From assembly GCA_964035575.1 (NCBI GenBank), contig OZ037835.1, positions 1,054,001 through 1,118,000 of the forward strand: 64,000 bases of DNA. Direction: 5' to 3'. The notes beneath the pieces are model-generated. The model was not told where the DNA came from. It did not search any database and worked only from the letters and a program-made list of their open reading frames with translations. The position numbers and the translations under genes are program-made. Source of the DNA: Rhynchopus sp. YZ270_cl-10. Its lineage: Eukaryota. Shown here one piece after another: positions 1-12,024 of this stretch (the first letter of the stretch is position 1; each line of letters begins with the position of its first letter).

Positions 1-576
1 GCATCCATTGACTCTGTGGTACCTCTCCTTCTTGCACCTTCCCACTCATAAACACAGCAAGCCACGTGATCGCTCTCCATTAGCTCTCCGTAAACCACCA
101 GGAGAAACGTGTCCCTGTTCGCGAGCAACAACCCCAGCTGCGGCGTGTTGGTTTTGAACTCACAGTGCAAAACCAGCCCGTCAGCGACCACACACCACCT
201 TCTGCTCCTCCTCACAATCCCGGCACACTCTTCGGGTGACTTGTGTGGATAAAATTCCTACCGGTACAGGACCACCTGAACTATGGTGTACTAAAATTGA
301 AAAACCTAAAAATAGGAGAAGTTTACTAAACCTGTCTTAAACAACCTGTACTAAACCGTGACAATACTGCAGGCTTCTGCAAAGAAAATATGGATCTTAA
401 GCGTAGCTAGGTACACTGCTTCTTTCCGATAAAAGAGGTACAAACGCAGTGAACGAAAGCACGTCGTCCACATGAAGAAAGAAGAATCCTTTGTAAGATG
501 AAAGCCTCTCGTCCTGTGCCACCTTGCAACTGAAACACCCCACCACCTCCGACGCAGCTAACACACAGCTGGGAGG

Positions 577-1965
577 TCACATTCGCGAGGCACGAGAGTT
601 TGCAGCCTCAAGCTCCAAGTACAATACATCAATCAGCAACTGCACCACGTCTGTGTGCTTCTTAACAGCCGCTAAGTGCAACGCAGTGCGGTTTTCAGTG
701 TCTCGGTGATGCACATCCACCTCTGGCAAGCCCACAAGATAGTGCACAGTCTCGGTGTGCCCAAAATATGCCGCAGAGATAAGACACGTGCGGCCTTCGT
801 CGTCTGTGGCACGCACTCCCGCACCTGCTCTGACCAACATCTTCACAACGTCAAGTTCTCCTAAAGCGCTAGCATAGTGCAGAATCGAACGACCGTCGTT
901 GATTTTTGTTTCGATGTCTGCACCTGCATCAATCAGCACCTGCACCATGTCTGTTTCCTCCTCATCCAGCGCATACTCCACCGCATACTGCAACGCAGTG
1001 CGGCTGTCAGTGTCTCGGTGGTTCACATCCACCTCTGGCACGCCCACAAGATAGCGCACAGTCTCCGTGTGTCCAAAACATGCAGCAAGGATAAGACATG
1101 TGTCCCCTTGGTCGTCTGTGGCACGCACTCCCGCACCTGCTCTGACCAACATCTTCACAACGTCAAGTGCTCCTGAAGCGCAAGCAGTGTGCAAAAGCGA
1201 ACATCCGTGGTTGTCCTTTGCATCGATGTCTGCACCTGCATCAATCAGCACCTGCACCACGTCTGTTGCCTCCTTGTCCACTGCTAAGCGCAACGCAGTG
1301 CAGTTGTTACTGTGATGATTCACATCGACACCTGGCAAGCTCACAAGATAGCGCACAGTCTCGGTGTGTCCACGTTGTGCCGCAACGTACAGACACGTGC
1401 GCCCTTCATCGTCTGTGGCACGCACTCCCGCACCTGCTTCAACCAACATCTTCACAACCTCAAGTGCTCCTGAAGCGCAAGCATTGTGCAGAGGCGACCA
1501 TCCGATCTCGTCTTTCGTATGTAAGTCTGCCCCTGCATCAATCAAGACACGACACACTGCAGGGTCTGACCACATGGCCGGACAGGCACCTGCGCTGTAC
1601 TTGGAATCATGCGGGACAAACGCTACCTTGTTGCAGACGAACTTCCAATGCTGCAAGAGGACCTCCGTGCACGCAACGTGGTCTGCGTGGACACACTCAC
1701 TCAGCAGCATCCCAAAGCCCATCTGCGTTGTCTCAACATACGGAAGAAGCAGTGTGAGGCATTCATCGTGGTTCCCTCTGCATGCCTCGTGCGCAGCATC
1801 GAAGGCCACTTTCTTTCTGTGTGGGTTCAACTTCTCAAGGACCGCACGCACGGCAGTCGTGTCGCCGTTCCTGGCAGCCTCCATCAAGACCTCGTCTGCA
1901 GAAAGCTGTCTTCTCTTTCGTGGGTTCTTGTCCTGCGTGCTGTCTGCATGTCGCTTCTTCGGCAT
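577..1965 (-). CDS. Ankyrin-repeat protein with a basic, NLS-like N-terminus
   Basis: Tandem ankyrin repeats (e.g. GWSPLHNACASGALEVVKMLVEAGA, GRTCLYVAAQRGHTETVRYLV). Probable ATG at 1965 (MPKKRH...PRKRR). The 3' end may be spliced (see findings). Confidence 0.9.
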   Translation of the reverse strand: MPKKRHADSTQDKNPRKRRQLSADEVLMEAARNGDTTAVRAVLEKLNPHRKKVAFDAAHEACRGNHDECLTLLLPYVETTQMGFGMLLSECVHADHVACTEVLLQHWKFVCNKVAFVPHDSKYSAGACPAMWSDPAVCRVLIDAGADLHTKDEIGWSPLHNACASGALEVVKMLVEAGAGVRATDDEGRTCLYVAAQRGHTETVRYLVSLPGVDVNHHSNNCTALRLAVDKEATDVVQVLIDAGADIDAKDNHGCSLLHTACASGALDVVKMLVRAGAGVRATDDQGDTCLILAACFGHTETVRYLVGVPEVDVNHRDTDSRTALQYAVEYALDEEETDMVQVLIDAGADIETKINDGRSILHYASALGELDVVKMLVRAGAGVRATDDEGRTCLISAAYFGHTETVHYLVGLPEVDVHHRDTENRTALHLAAVKKHTDVVQLLIDVLYLELEAANSRASRM

Positions 1966-2410
1966 TGTGTGTTTGTGTGTTGTTGCTGTGTCTTTTGTGT
2001 TGGTTTCTTTTTGTGCAGAGGTTGTGGGTGACGAGAGAGGACGAAGAACACACATGGTAAGCATCCTTTTTCGTGTGTGTAATGTTACAAAAGCAGGGCA
2101 TGTTAAGATTACAGCCCTCTCGTGACAGTGCACCTTGGCACATGACCGGCTGTACCAGAGGGTGGACCCCAACCATGCAAACTCGTAAACCAGGTTAGTT
2201 TTGGCGGACTTGAGACGGACTATGGAGGACTTTCACAGTCCGCTATAGTCCGTCTCTACTCAGGTGGACTACGAAGTATGGTATATACAGCTAAAATAGT
2301 GGGACACATAGCTGCTGGCAGAGTTTCTCCTGTCTAACTTAAGACCTACTCGCAATTCCTGTTCCTCCTCCACTGGCGGGACCGGCCGTGGCGCAAGCCG
2401 CGACGGTCCC

Positions 2411-2715
2411 GCAGTGCCTCCCATAGGACACTGCGCTGTCTCCACCCACCCCACGCAAGGAAGAACGCCAAAGGTGCTCTCGTGCTGCAACCACAGACAA
2501 GCTGAGGTGCCAGACAAATGCACGAAAGCACCCCACAGTCGGCCACAGCTTCCCCTCTCCCATCATTTCCACAAAACCATGCAGGGAAGCGCCACACCCA
2601 AACCCCCCACACACTCACAACACTGTGCACCTCCACCTCCCTGTCCCCCACCCAACCCAACCCACAGACCTTCACCGCAACAGGGAGAACACCCAAACCC
2701 CACATCAACCTGCCA
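2411..2715. repeat. Dispersed ~100-300 bp repeat, copy 1 of 8
   Basis: Core GTGCTCTCGTGCTGCAACCACAGACAAGCTGAGGTGCCAGAC recurs in the same orientation near 2470, 5190, 24490, 27235, 37585, 43130, 44880 and 53685. Confidence 0.85.
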
Positions 2716-3797
2716 CTCCCTTGGGTACTCTTCCTCCGGCAAAAGCCATCAAGAGAAACGGTTACCACCCCCCGGGGTTGCCTCCTCCTCCTCCAGAGAC
2801 TGCAGCATTGCAGCGCTGCTGCACTTCCCACACCCACCCCGCCCCACGCTGTCTCCCACCTCGCAGAAATAAAAGTCAAAAAAAAATAAAAACCCTTTTC
2901 ATCTTTTGTTTAGTTGGTACGCTACCCACGTCATACGCAAAGTATTTGTCCTAATAAAATAAATACATCCGTTCCACTCGATTAAATGTTGCCAGCTGTT
3001 TGCATGGTAGAGCACAAGGGGTGAAGGGGAAACGGTACGACTTATGGCAACCGAAGAACGCGTCTTTCATAAAGGCGTTGATTCAAAAGGGGGCAACAAT
3101 CACGAGAAGTGGGCATGGTGGTGGAGAGATTGAGAGAACAAATTTGGTCATTGCCATCAATTGGTGGCAATGACCAAATTTGTATCAATCAAGAACTTGT
3201 CCATTTTTCCGAAATGACCCCACTACAGTGGGGGTAGAGATCGGAAAATCCGAAAAAGTCCAAAAACCTCTCCAAAAAAACGGGGAAAAAACGATACTAC
3301 ATTTCCAGAATTTTGCTGTTTCCCCAGTAGTTTTTTTCTTGTGTGCGTGCGTACAGATTGTTCAGGGAGGTTGGGACCCGGAACAAGAAAAGAACTTGTG
3401 CTTCCCTAAATAATGAAAACCCCTTTCATCTTTTGTTTAGTTGGTACGCTACCCACGTCATACGCCCCAAGCACCCCAAGACGACAGTGAAAGACCACGT
3501 GGTGTCAACGAGTTCAGAGTGATGAATTGCAGAAAAAATGAGGGTTGGGTGGGGAGGTACGTTGTAATGAATAAGACGTGGGTTTTTGTGGGGATTCTTT
3601 TGCAGCACAGCGTAACAGAACACAATGTGTGGAACGTCTTGCTCAGCACAGCTCTCCTCTCGCACCAAGTAGTAGTCTGTGCCACGGTGAGCAAGACTGT
3701 GCCCCTCTTCTTCTCCGAACCAGAGGACGCAGCAGACATACTGCCAGAGACCCTCCACCTCGGGGAGGTGCTGCCCTCCCACCAACACACCACGTCG

Positions 3798-4859
3798 TCA
3801 TTGTGCGTGTCTCCGTCGCTTCTGGCTTTGCTCGGGGGATTCGTCTCTGCTTCGTTTTGGACGTGTTTCAACCACAAGCTTCCTCAGCTTCTCGTCCTTC
3901 CTCACTTCGTTGGACACAACACTGCTGCAGCCGGAAAGGTAAATACTCGTCAACGAAGTGCAGTCTGCAGCAAAATTCGTATCTCCAAAACCGTTACCAA
4001 TATGCGTTACGTTGCTGAGTGGAGATAAATCGATGGTCGTTAAACTGCTACAGCTCTCAAGGAAGCCCGCACCAACCTGCGTTACGTTACTGAGTGCAGA
4101 TAAATCGAGGTTCGTTAAGCTGATGCATTCCTCAAGGAAGTGCGCACCAACCTGCGTCAGGTTGCTGAGTGCAGATAAATGGACGTTGGTTAAGCTCTTG
4201 CATCCGAAAAGAAAGCCGCCGTCAATCATCGTCACGTTGCTGAGTGGAGATATATCCAGGGTCGTTAAACTGATGCATCTTTGAAGGAACCACGAACCAA
4301 CCTGCGTCACGTTGCTGAGTGCAGATATATCCAGGGTAGTTAACCTGCTGCAGTTGTAAAAGAAGCACTCACCAAACTGCGTCACATAGCTCAACCCAGA
4401 GAGGTCGACGCTTGTCAACGAGGTGCACTCTGCCAGGAAGTAGTCTCCAATGTGAGTCACAATGGACTCAGCACTGAGATCAAGTCTCGTCAACGAAGTG
4501 CGTGACAAGAACCTATCCGGAATGACAGTCGCAACCTCCGCCTGCAGAAGCAAACACGCCACCTCAGGATCCTCCACACTCTCCAACCTCTCGGCGGTCA
4601 GGTCTGTCTCACCCAACGCATGAAGCTCTGCAATGGCTTGGTACTTCTGCGTCTTCGTGAGGATGATTGTGTCACCAGCACTCAGCTGCGTCATGTCCGC
4701 TCCTTCTCCCAGCGCTTCGTCTCCGAAACTCATGCAAAAGCCGTCTTCAAGCAACCCCATTGCAGACGCCACCTTCCGCCGCAAGCCCTCCACTGTGTCA
4801 TCTGCACCCACCTCGACTGTGTGCTGATTCGTGTCGAAACCCTTGATGTTCAGGTCCAT
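3798..4859 (-). CDS. UBL-domain + leucine-rich repeat protein (paralogue 1, 353 aa)
   Basis: N-terminal ubiquitin-like segment (MDLNIKGFDTNQHTVEVGADDTVEGLRRKV...LSAGDTIIL), ~25-aa Cys-containing LRRs (LTTLDISPLSNVT..G..FL..C), C-terminal RPKRSR...KRRR. Confidence 0.88.
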   Translation of the reverse strand: MDLNIKGFDTNQHTVEVGADDTVEGLRRKVASAMGLLEDGFCMSFGDEALGEGADMTQLSAGDTIILTKTQKYQAIAELHALGETDLTAERLESVEDPEVACLLLQAEVATVIPDRFLSRTSLTRLDLSAESIVTHIGDYFLAECTSLTSVDLSGLSYVTQFGECFFYNCSRLTTLDISALSNVTQVGSWFLQRCISLTTLDISPLSNVTMIDGGFLFGCKSLTNVHLSALSNLTQVGAHFLEECISLTNLDLSALSNVTQVGAGFLESCSSLTTIDLSPLSNVTHIGNGFGDTNFAADCTSLTSIYLSGCSSVVSNEVRKDEKLRKLVVETRPKRSRDESPEQSQKRRRHAQ

Positions 4860-5146
4860 GTCTTTGTTGTGGCTTTGTGTTCTGATCTCTGTGTGTGGAG
4901 GGGTGTGGAGGACAACAATCCTGCAGTAGTTTTCAACACCCCTGCCAAAAAATAAAACTATGGGAAAAGGGCCCCTCTCCCCGACCCACAACCCCCGACT
5001 TCAGATCTTTCTCCTCACCACCTCCTCTCCCTGAACCAGCGCCCTTCACAGATGTTCCCTCCTCACGAAAGCAAACCCACCTTCCCCCTGCCCCTCTCAC
5101 ACATCGTTACCTGCCCCGTTCTGCACAAGAAACCCGCACAGCCTCC

Positions 5147-5370
5147 ACGCTGTCTCCACCCACCCCACGCAAGGAAGAACGAACGCCAAGGATGCTCTCG
5201 TGCTGCAACCACAGACAAGCTGAGGTGCCAGACAAATGCACGAAAGCACCCCACGGCCGGCCACAGCTTCCACTCTCCCATCATTTCCACAAAACGATGC
5301 AGGGAAGCGCCACACCAAAACCCCCCCACACTCACAACACACCTCCCTGCCCCCACCCAACCCAACCCAC
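5147..5370. repeat. Dispersed repeat, copy 2
   Basis: Near-identical to 2435-2665. Confidence 0.8.
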
Positions 5371-7369
5371 AACACTGTTCCAGGAGAACAAGGGCGATAA
5401 GTCTGAGTGTCGAAGGATACAAAGCCCGCAAGGTTGCTACGAAGTACATTAGCAAAGACACGTTGCAGATACCCCCATGCACCAACCGGGAAAGAAGTCT
5501 TTGCAAAATGGTGCATTGCCTTTCCCTCCGACTTGGGCAGAATACTGTTCCAGGAGAACAAGGGTGATAGGTCTGAGAACAGCAGCAGTCACATCGTACA
5601 CACTTCCCCAGACCACAATGTCGGCTGTATGAGTCTCGGCATGTGTACAGAGAATGGAGGCAAAGAGGGCGCACAGCCCAATGATGTAGCCGAGAAGATC
5701 AGAAGAAGACTTGAATGAGAAAAAAAGAAGTACCCCACCCCCTTCTCTATGTATTGGTCGTTTGTTGTTGGCAAATGTCTCTCGCCTTCTCAACAAAACC
5801 TGCAGTCCTTCCATTGCCAGACAATGATTCGCTAAATGGTGTTGACAATAAATTGTGGTTTTAAGAATACCATGCAAGCACTTAAATAGGCCTATGCAAC
5901 GCACAGGAGCAGAACAGAATGTTACTGTATTAGAGTTTGATTTTTTTACAAAAAACTTTTTTCCAAAACATTTTTGCAAAAAGCAAACACAAAAAAAAAG
6001 GGTAACACTTTGCTACTCCGGCGTAATTTATTCAGCAAAAATACCTGCACGATTTTAAAAAAAAAAAAAAAGACCCATCAAAAATATACCAGCCCATGAG
6101 CGAGCATCTGAGACAAACAGAAGGAGAATGCGGATAATGCTGACAATGTTCATCACAACGAACATACGCGGAATGTTCCAAGACTTAACAAAACAAAGTT
6201 ACCGTGGTGTCTTTAATTTTCGAACAAAACAAAAAAAAAAAAATAAACAACTCAAATTCGAGAACGAAAGCTCTTATACTCTCCGAACATTTTGCTTTAA
6301 CCAAAACCTTAAACGAAAGTAAGCTTTTCGTATGAACGTTCATTGCTCGAAAATTAAAGACGCCACGGTAATTGAAATACTAGAGAAGCACTCTCGTGAA
6401 CAGTGCACCTTGGTATGACCGGTGCACCGGGTGGACCCCCCCAACCATGCAGTCCTACATCCATTTCGTAGATAACATCTGACAAACAAACGTAAAAACC
6501 CATATGCAGAAGGACCACATAGAGAGAAAGGCTTAAAAGACAAACCTAAACCTCTCGTGCTTAGTCACCTTTGATATAGACGTGAGTAAAATAGTGACAG
6601 AGACCATCACTAAGCTCGCAAGAGGGGTGGAAACAGAAGACAAAAGTACAGAACGTGCCTCTCCTTGCGCACATCTCAAAGGAAATGAACAAATAAAATA
6701 AAATAAGAAATGTTTATAAGATGACCCTCAGCCTCTTGTGCTTAGTCATCTTGAAATAAAGTCTTGAAAATGCTGACGACGCTCGTAAGACCCACAGCTG
6801 CGTGTCATCGTCACATACAAGACAGAAATGAACACAATAAACAATTCTAAAACAATAAAAACACACCTGTGTGGCCCGCACCCCCGTCGCCACGTTTCTG
6901 CAAGGGGGCACGTATGCCACACAACACACGCTGCAACACTGACACATAAGATTCTTGTGACAGTGGCTCTGTGCCCTGGTGGTAAATAAAGCGCGTCATG
7001 ATGACGGTGCGCTTAGAACGGGCAGGGGACTCCACCCAACAGCCACCATGTGGTCATGGTGACATCGGGCGAACAACATGGGTAAGCAGGCGTACAAGGA
7101 CGCTTGAGGGAGGGGATGTCATTTTGCTTGTGACAACATGACGACAATAAAACAGTGAAGTTTAAAAAAAATCTCTCAGAAAACCAGTTAAGTTTTATGA
7201 GATAAGGGGGTACAGGATGCGGGATGGGGTTGTGGGGTTATGGGGTGGGTGCAGATGGCTTAGTTATTCTTTGCAAAATGCCTAATTTGAGGTCAACGAC
7301 AATAACAACAATAACAACAATAAAAAAACAATAAAAAACAGCTGGCACTTCGCAAAGCTGTGACACTGT

Positions 7370-10300
7370 TCACCAGGTGGGCTGCTCGGCTCTGTCCTCA
7401 AGACACACAGCTTCGCCTTCAATGTCCTGAGGCAGCAGTCCAGTACTGTAGAAGGCCTCGCTTTGCGTTGGTGTCCCCTTCTGTGCCTGCCTGCAGAAGA
7501 ACACCGCCACCCCCACAGCAAGCAGCAGGCACGTGCCCAGTGCTGCGATCACCACCAGCGCTGCTGTGCTCAGCAGCGGTGCGTCTGCCTCCTCTACCGG
7601 CACAGGTGTGGGCAGCAGCGCACCCGCAGGCAGGGACGTGCTTCGTGGCGGTGCTGGTGTGTGCGGCACAGGCTGCGCTGACGGTGACGCTGATGCAGAT
7701 GCGGACGATATGGGTGCAGGTGTCTCAGTGGCAGACGTCAGCGGTGCTTCTGTCGCAGGTGACCCTGTTGCTGGCAGTGATGCAGACGTTGCATTTTCTG
7801 TGTGTGGCGCAGGAGTAACAGGTGCAGGCGTCTCAGGTGCAGGCGTCTCAGGTGCAGGCGTCGGTGGCGGTTCAGTCACGGGTGCGTGAGTAACAGGTGC
7901 AGGTGTCTCAGGTGCAGACGACGGTGGCGGTTCAGTCACGGGTGCGTGAGTAACAGGTGCACTCGTCTCGGGTGCGTTGGTCTCAGGTGCATTCGTCAGT
8001 GGCACTTCGGTCACAGGTGCACCTGTCAGTGGGGATTCTGTGAGCGGTGCGTGCGTCACTGGTGCATTGGTCAATGGCGACTGTGTCTGCAGTGTTTCTG
8101 TCTGCGGTGCTTGTGTGACTGTCCCGTCTTCAGGCACCGACGATGGCAGGGCTGTCTCTGGCACTGGTGTGTAGATGGCTGGGACGTCTGTCGGCACAAC
8201 GCCGTCGCAGCTCCACCCAAACACAAGGCGTGAGAAGTCTGCTTGATAATACTCACTGCTATTCACTATGATGTGGAAGAGGCCGCTGTTCGCGAAGTCT
8301 GCAGTCATGTTTGTTGCCGGGAAGATCCCACTGTTCGCCGGCCCTGTTGCGCTGTACACCTCTTTGCCTGTGCTGTCCACCATTGCCACACGTGCCCAGT
8401 CTTCATAAAAGTTCAGCCACGCTGACACCGACAGCACACCATAACACTGCACAGTCCAGCAGTGTGTGGTCATGCCTGGGTTCGCACATATGCCACAGAG
8501 CGACGCAAGCGACCTGCTGTACGTGCCACTGTCGGCCAGGGTGAGACACTCTGACGCATTCGTGCCTGGTGCAGGCGGAATCACAGGTGCCTCCTCACAC
8601 GTCCAGTTCAAGTTAAACGATCCTGATGTGGGGTCCGCTTGGTACCGCCAGCTGTCAAGGCGCAGCACCATGTTCCCATCAGCAGGGTAGCTCGCTCGGT
8701 AGTGTCTCGCGCCTGTCAGAGTGTCAAGGTTGTAACCGTAGCTGTTCTCCAGCGTGAGGACTTGGCCCAGCGCGGCAAGATCAAGGTTGAACTCGGTGTG
8801 CAGTGTGCCCGTGCATGAGAGGTACCAACACGCTGTCTCCACCGAAAGTCGCTCATCCATGCTTACATGAAAGGCAAACGACCCGTTAGCACTGTCCCCC
8901 ACGTCTGAGCACAGCGCAACGGGCACAGCGGTGGGCGGCACACTCGTCTCTGGAGCTGCAGTTCTCGGTGGGTAAGGCAGCTCAGGGCTTGCCGCGTCAC
9001 ACGCCCAAGACATGAGGAGCACGTCGTTGTGAAAATCTGTGCTGTGCACAACATGCATCTGAAAGACACCCCCAGCAGGATACGTCTTGCTTGTGTTGAT
9101 CATCGAACCCCCCGTCCCGTTCGCAAAGAACACCTCCCGGCCAGTTCCGTCCAAGAAGGTCACATTTGTCGTGTGGAGGTGCGTCTCACTCGTGGGACGC
9201 ACCTCCAACGCCACAGCAAGCGTCCCGAGACACTGCACAGCAAAGCAGTGTGATGCAATTGCAGCGAAGCTTCGACGGTAGGTCCCGACAGGTGCCAGGG
9301 TCAGGCACTCTGCACTGTCGATGCCTGGTGCAGGTGGTGGCACTGGCGCTGCGTCGCAGGTCCAGTCAAAGGTGAAGTTCCGCTTCACTAGGGAGCCCGC
9401 CACCGAGAACAGTGTCAGCATGCCGTCAGCAGGGTAGCTCGCCACCAGGTGTTGTGGTGTCATTGTGGAAGCCCCGAGCTCCATGAGCTCGTACCCGTTC
9501 GCGTTGTGCAGCTTCAGCGCCGGCGAACGGTATCCCTCATCAAGGGACACATTGATGTGCACAGTCCCCTTGCACTGCATCGTCCAGCACTGCGCCACTT
9601 CAAACGTGCCGTGCAGCGGAGCCTCCAATGCAGCGCAAGACGATGCTGTTGGTGCAGGCGTGTCAGGTGCGCCCGTCAGAGGTGCGGATGTCCCACCGCC
9701 AATTGCAGGAAGTACAGGCACAGCAGCGTTGCACCCCCACGCAAGAGCAAGGTACGCATCGTGACCGCGGCCGCCCCACTTATACACAGAGCTCGCGACA
9801 TGCACGAATATGTTCCCGTCGCTTGCATAACGCCCGCCAGTCCTGGCTGTGCTGCTGATGTGTTCCAGTGCGGTACCGTCACTCCCCTCAACTGTGATGT
9901 TGAGGCTCGTTAGACCGAGAGTAAGCACGTCCATGTCCAGGTCAAGGACACCTCTGCACGGGATGGCGAGACAGCGCACTCTCTCACCCGCCGACAACGG
10001 CATGCCGTAAGTCCCGACAGCGCCCAGTGTGAGACACGTCGCACTGTCGACGCCAGGTGCAGGCAGGGTGACTGCACCTGCCGTGCATGTGTACTCAATC
10101 TCAAAGGCAGTTTCCGTGGCGGCCTCGTAAGTGTAGCGCAACGTCATGTCCCCGTCTGCAGGATAGCTTGCGACGTAGCGGTACGCATCACCCGTGTCGT
10201 AGAAGGAAGGGTCAGGGCTCTGCAGCGCTGCCAGCTGGTACCCCGCAGAGTTCTCGAGACTCAGCAAGGCGCCGTACCCCTGTTTCATTGTGAACTTCAC

Positions 10301-10519
10301 TTGCAATGTGCCTTTGCACGTCAACTCCCAACACGAGTTGCCCAAGATAGCACCGCTCGTATACGCAAACGGAGACGGCGGCAGTGCTGTGCAAGGTGCA
10401 ATCGGTATCTGTGTCCTTGGACGAGATGTGGGTGGTGCCATAGTCGGCGGGTCTGACGGGAGCACAACCGTTGCGGACACGGCGCACACCAGAAGCGAGG
10501 TGCACAGTGGCAGTAGCAT
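7370..10519 (-). CDS. Type I membrane/surface protein with tandem Cys-containing (CUB-like) domains and a Pro/Thr/Ala-rich stalk
   Basis: 1049-aa ORF with a signal-peptide-like N-terminus and three repeated domain pairs (CWELTCKGTL, CWTMQCKGTV, CWYLSCTGTL, each with ASYPADG). A TxAP/APET mucin-like stalk precedes a hydrophobic TM segment (ALVVIAALGTCLLLAVGVAVFFC) and a short tail. Confidence 0.85.
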   Translation of the reverse strand: MLLPLCTSLLVCAVSATVVLPSDPPTMAPPTSRPRTQIPIAPCTALPPSPFAYTSGAILGNSCWELTCKGTLQVKFTMKQGYGALLSLENSAGYQLAALQSPDPSFYDTGDAYRYVASYPADGDMTLRYTYEAATETAFEIEYTCTAGAVTLPAPGVDSATCLTLGAVGTYGMPLSAGERVRCLAIPCRGVLDLDMDVLTLGLTSLNITVEGSDGTALEHISSTARTGGRYASDGNIFVHVASSVYKWGGRGHDAYLALAWGCNAAVPVLPAIGGGTSAPLTGAPDTPAPTASSCAALEAPLHGTFEVAQCWTMQCKGTVHINVSLDEGYRSPALKLHNANGYELMELGASTMTPQHLVASYPADGMLTLFSVAGSLVKRNFTFDWTCDAAPVPPPAPGIDSAECLTLAPVGTYRRSFAAIASHCFAVQCLGTLAVALEVRPTSETHLHTTNVTFLDGTGREVFFANGTGGSMINTSKTYPAGGVFQMHVVHSTDFHNDVLLMSWACDAASPELPYPPRTAAPETSVPPTAVPVALCSDVGDSANGSFAFHVSMDERLSVETACWYLSCTGTLHTEFNLDLAALGQVLTLENSYGYNLDTLTGARHYRASYPADGNMVLRLDSWRYQADPTSGSFNLNWTCEEAPVIPPAPGTNASECLTLADSGTYSRSLASLCGICANPGMTTHCWTVQCYGVLSVSAWLNFYEDWARVAMVDSTGKEVYSATGPANSGIFPATNMTADFANSGLFHIIVNSSEYYQADFSRLVFGWSCDGVVPTDVPAIYTPVPETALPSSVPEDGTVTQAPQTETLQTQSPLTNAPVTHAPLTESPLTGAPVTEVPLTNAPETNAPETSAPVTHAPVTEPPPSSAPETPAPVTHAPVTEPPPTPAPETPAPETPAPVTPAPHTENATSASLPATGSPATEAPLTSATETPAPISSASASASPSAQPVPHTPAPPRSTSLPAGALLPTPVPVEEADAPLLSTAALVVIAALGTCLLLAVGVAVFFCRQAQKGTPTQSEAFYSTGLLPQDIEGEAVCLEDRAEQPTW

Positions 10520-11043
10520 TTGGCAGGGTGGTTGTTGTTACTTTCGAGAGGTGGAAGTACCTGGGTGGTGGTTGTGAGGTGTGGACAGGGGAAGAAACAA
10601 GACATGAGTAAAAAGAACTGAACGCAATGTATTTCTTAAACCCTGGTACGCTTTACAGAGGGCAAATGTCTCACCTTCTCGACAAAAGGGGGACCCGATG
10701 GATTTTGGGCATGGGGCACCCCAAGAAGACAGTGAAAGACCACGTGGCGTCAACGAGTTCAGGAGTGATGAATTACAGAAAAAAAGGGGGTTGGGTGGGG
10801 AGGTACGTTGTAATGAATAAGACATGGGTTTTTGTGGGGATTATTTTGCAGCACACAATAAAATAACACAATGTGTGGAACGTCTTGCTCAGCACAGCTC
10901 TCCTCTCGCACCAAGTAATAGTCTGTGCCACGGTGAGCAAGATTGTGCCCCTCTTCTTCTCCGAACCAGAGGACGCAGCAGACATACTGCCAGAGACCCT
11001 CCACCTCGGGGAGGTGCTGCCCTCCCACCAACACACCACGTCG

Positions 11044-12024
11044 TCATTGTGCGTGTCTCTGTCGCTTCTGGCTTTGCTCGGGGGATTCGTCTCTGCTTCG
11101 TTTCGGACGTGTTTCAACCACAAGCTTCCTCAGCTTCTCGCCCTTCCTCACTTCGTTGGACACAACACTGCTGCAGCCGGAAAGGTAAATGCTCGTCAAC
11201 GAAGTGCAGCCCGCAACAATATTTGTACCTAACAAATTGCTACTAATATACGTCACGTTGCTGAGTGGTGACAAATCAAGAGTCGTTAAGCTCCTGCAGT
11301 TCGCAAGGAAGCTTTCACCAACCTGCGTCACGTTATTGAGTGGAGATATATCCAGGGTCGTTAAGCTGCTGCATCCGGAAATAAAGTTGTTCATAATCGA
11401 CGTCACATTGCTGAGTGCCGACAAATCGAGGGTTGTTAAGCTGCTGCAGTGCTGAAGAAAGCACGCACCAACCTGCATCACATTGCTGAGTGGTGATATA
11501 TCCAGGGTCGTTAAGTTGATGCAGTTCTGAAGAAAGCACGCACCAACCTCCGTCACATTGCTCAACCCAGAGAGGTCGATACTTGTCAACGAGGTGCAGA
11601 AGGCCAGGAACCTGACTCCAATGTGAGTCACAATGGACTCAGCACTGAGATCAAGTCTCGTCAACGAAGTGCTTGACAAGAAGTGATTCAGAATAACAGT
11701 CGCAACCTCCGCCTGCAGAAGCAAACACGCCACCTCAGGATCCTCCACACTCTCCAGCCTCTCGGCGGTCAAGTCTGTCTCACCCAACGCATGAAGCTCT
11801 GCAATGGCTTGGTACTTCTGCGTCTTCGTGAGGATGATTGTGTCACCAGCACTCAGCTGCGCGATGTCCTCTCCTTCCTCCTTCCCTCCGAAGCCCATGT
11901 GGAAGCTGTCCTCAGCCAACCCTGCTGCAGTCGCCACCTTCTGCCGCATCTCCTCCGTTGTGTCATCCACACCCACCTCGATCACATACAAGTTGTCTGC
12001 ACAGTCCTTGATAACTACTTCCAT
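11044..12024 (-). CDS. UBL + LRR protein (paralogue 2, 326 aa)
   Basis: Same architecture as 3798-4859; ATG at 12024 (MEVVIKDCADN). The 3' flank 10717-11043 is near-identical to 3466-3797. Confidence 0.88.
   Translation of the reverse strand: MEVVIKDCADNLYVIEVGVDDTTEEMRQKVATAAGLAEDSFHMGFGGKEEGEDIAQLSAGDTIILTKTQKYQAIAELHALGETDLTAERLESVEDPEVACLLLQAEVATVILNHFLSSTSLTRLDLSAESIVTHIGVRFLAFCTSLTSIDLSGLSNVTEVGACFLQNCINLTTLDISPLSNVMQVGACFLQHCSSLTTLDLSALSNVTSIMNNFISGCSSLTTLDISPLNNVTQVGESFLANCRSLTTLDLSPLSNVTYISSNLLGTNIVAGCTSLTSIYLSGCSSVVSNEVRKGEKLRKLVVETRPKRSRDESPEQSQKRQRHAQ

Noticed and set aside
2120..2260. Short repeat shared with 6391-6452 and the hairpin AGACGGACTAT/ATAGTCCGTCT
   Set aside because: Too short to assign as an RNA gene or mobile element.
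5374..5577. 34-bp direct repeat 170 bp apart
   Set aside because: Could be a TSD or a small duplication, but the enclosed sequence has no recognisable features.
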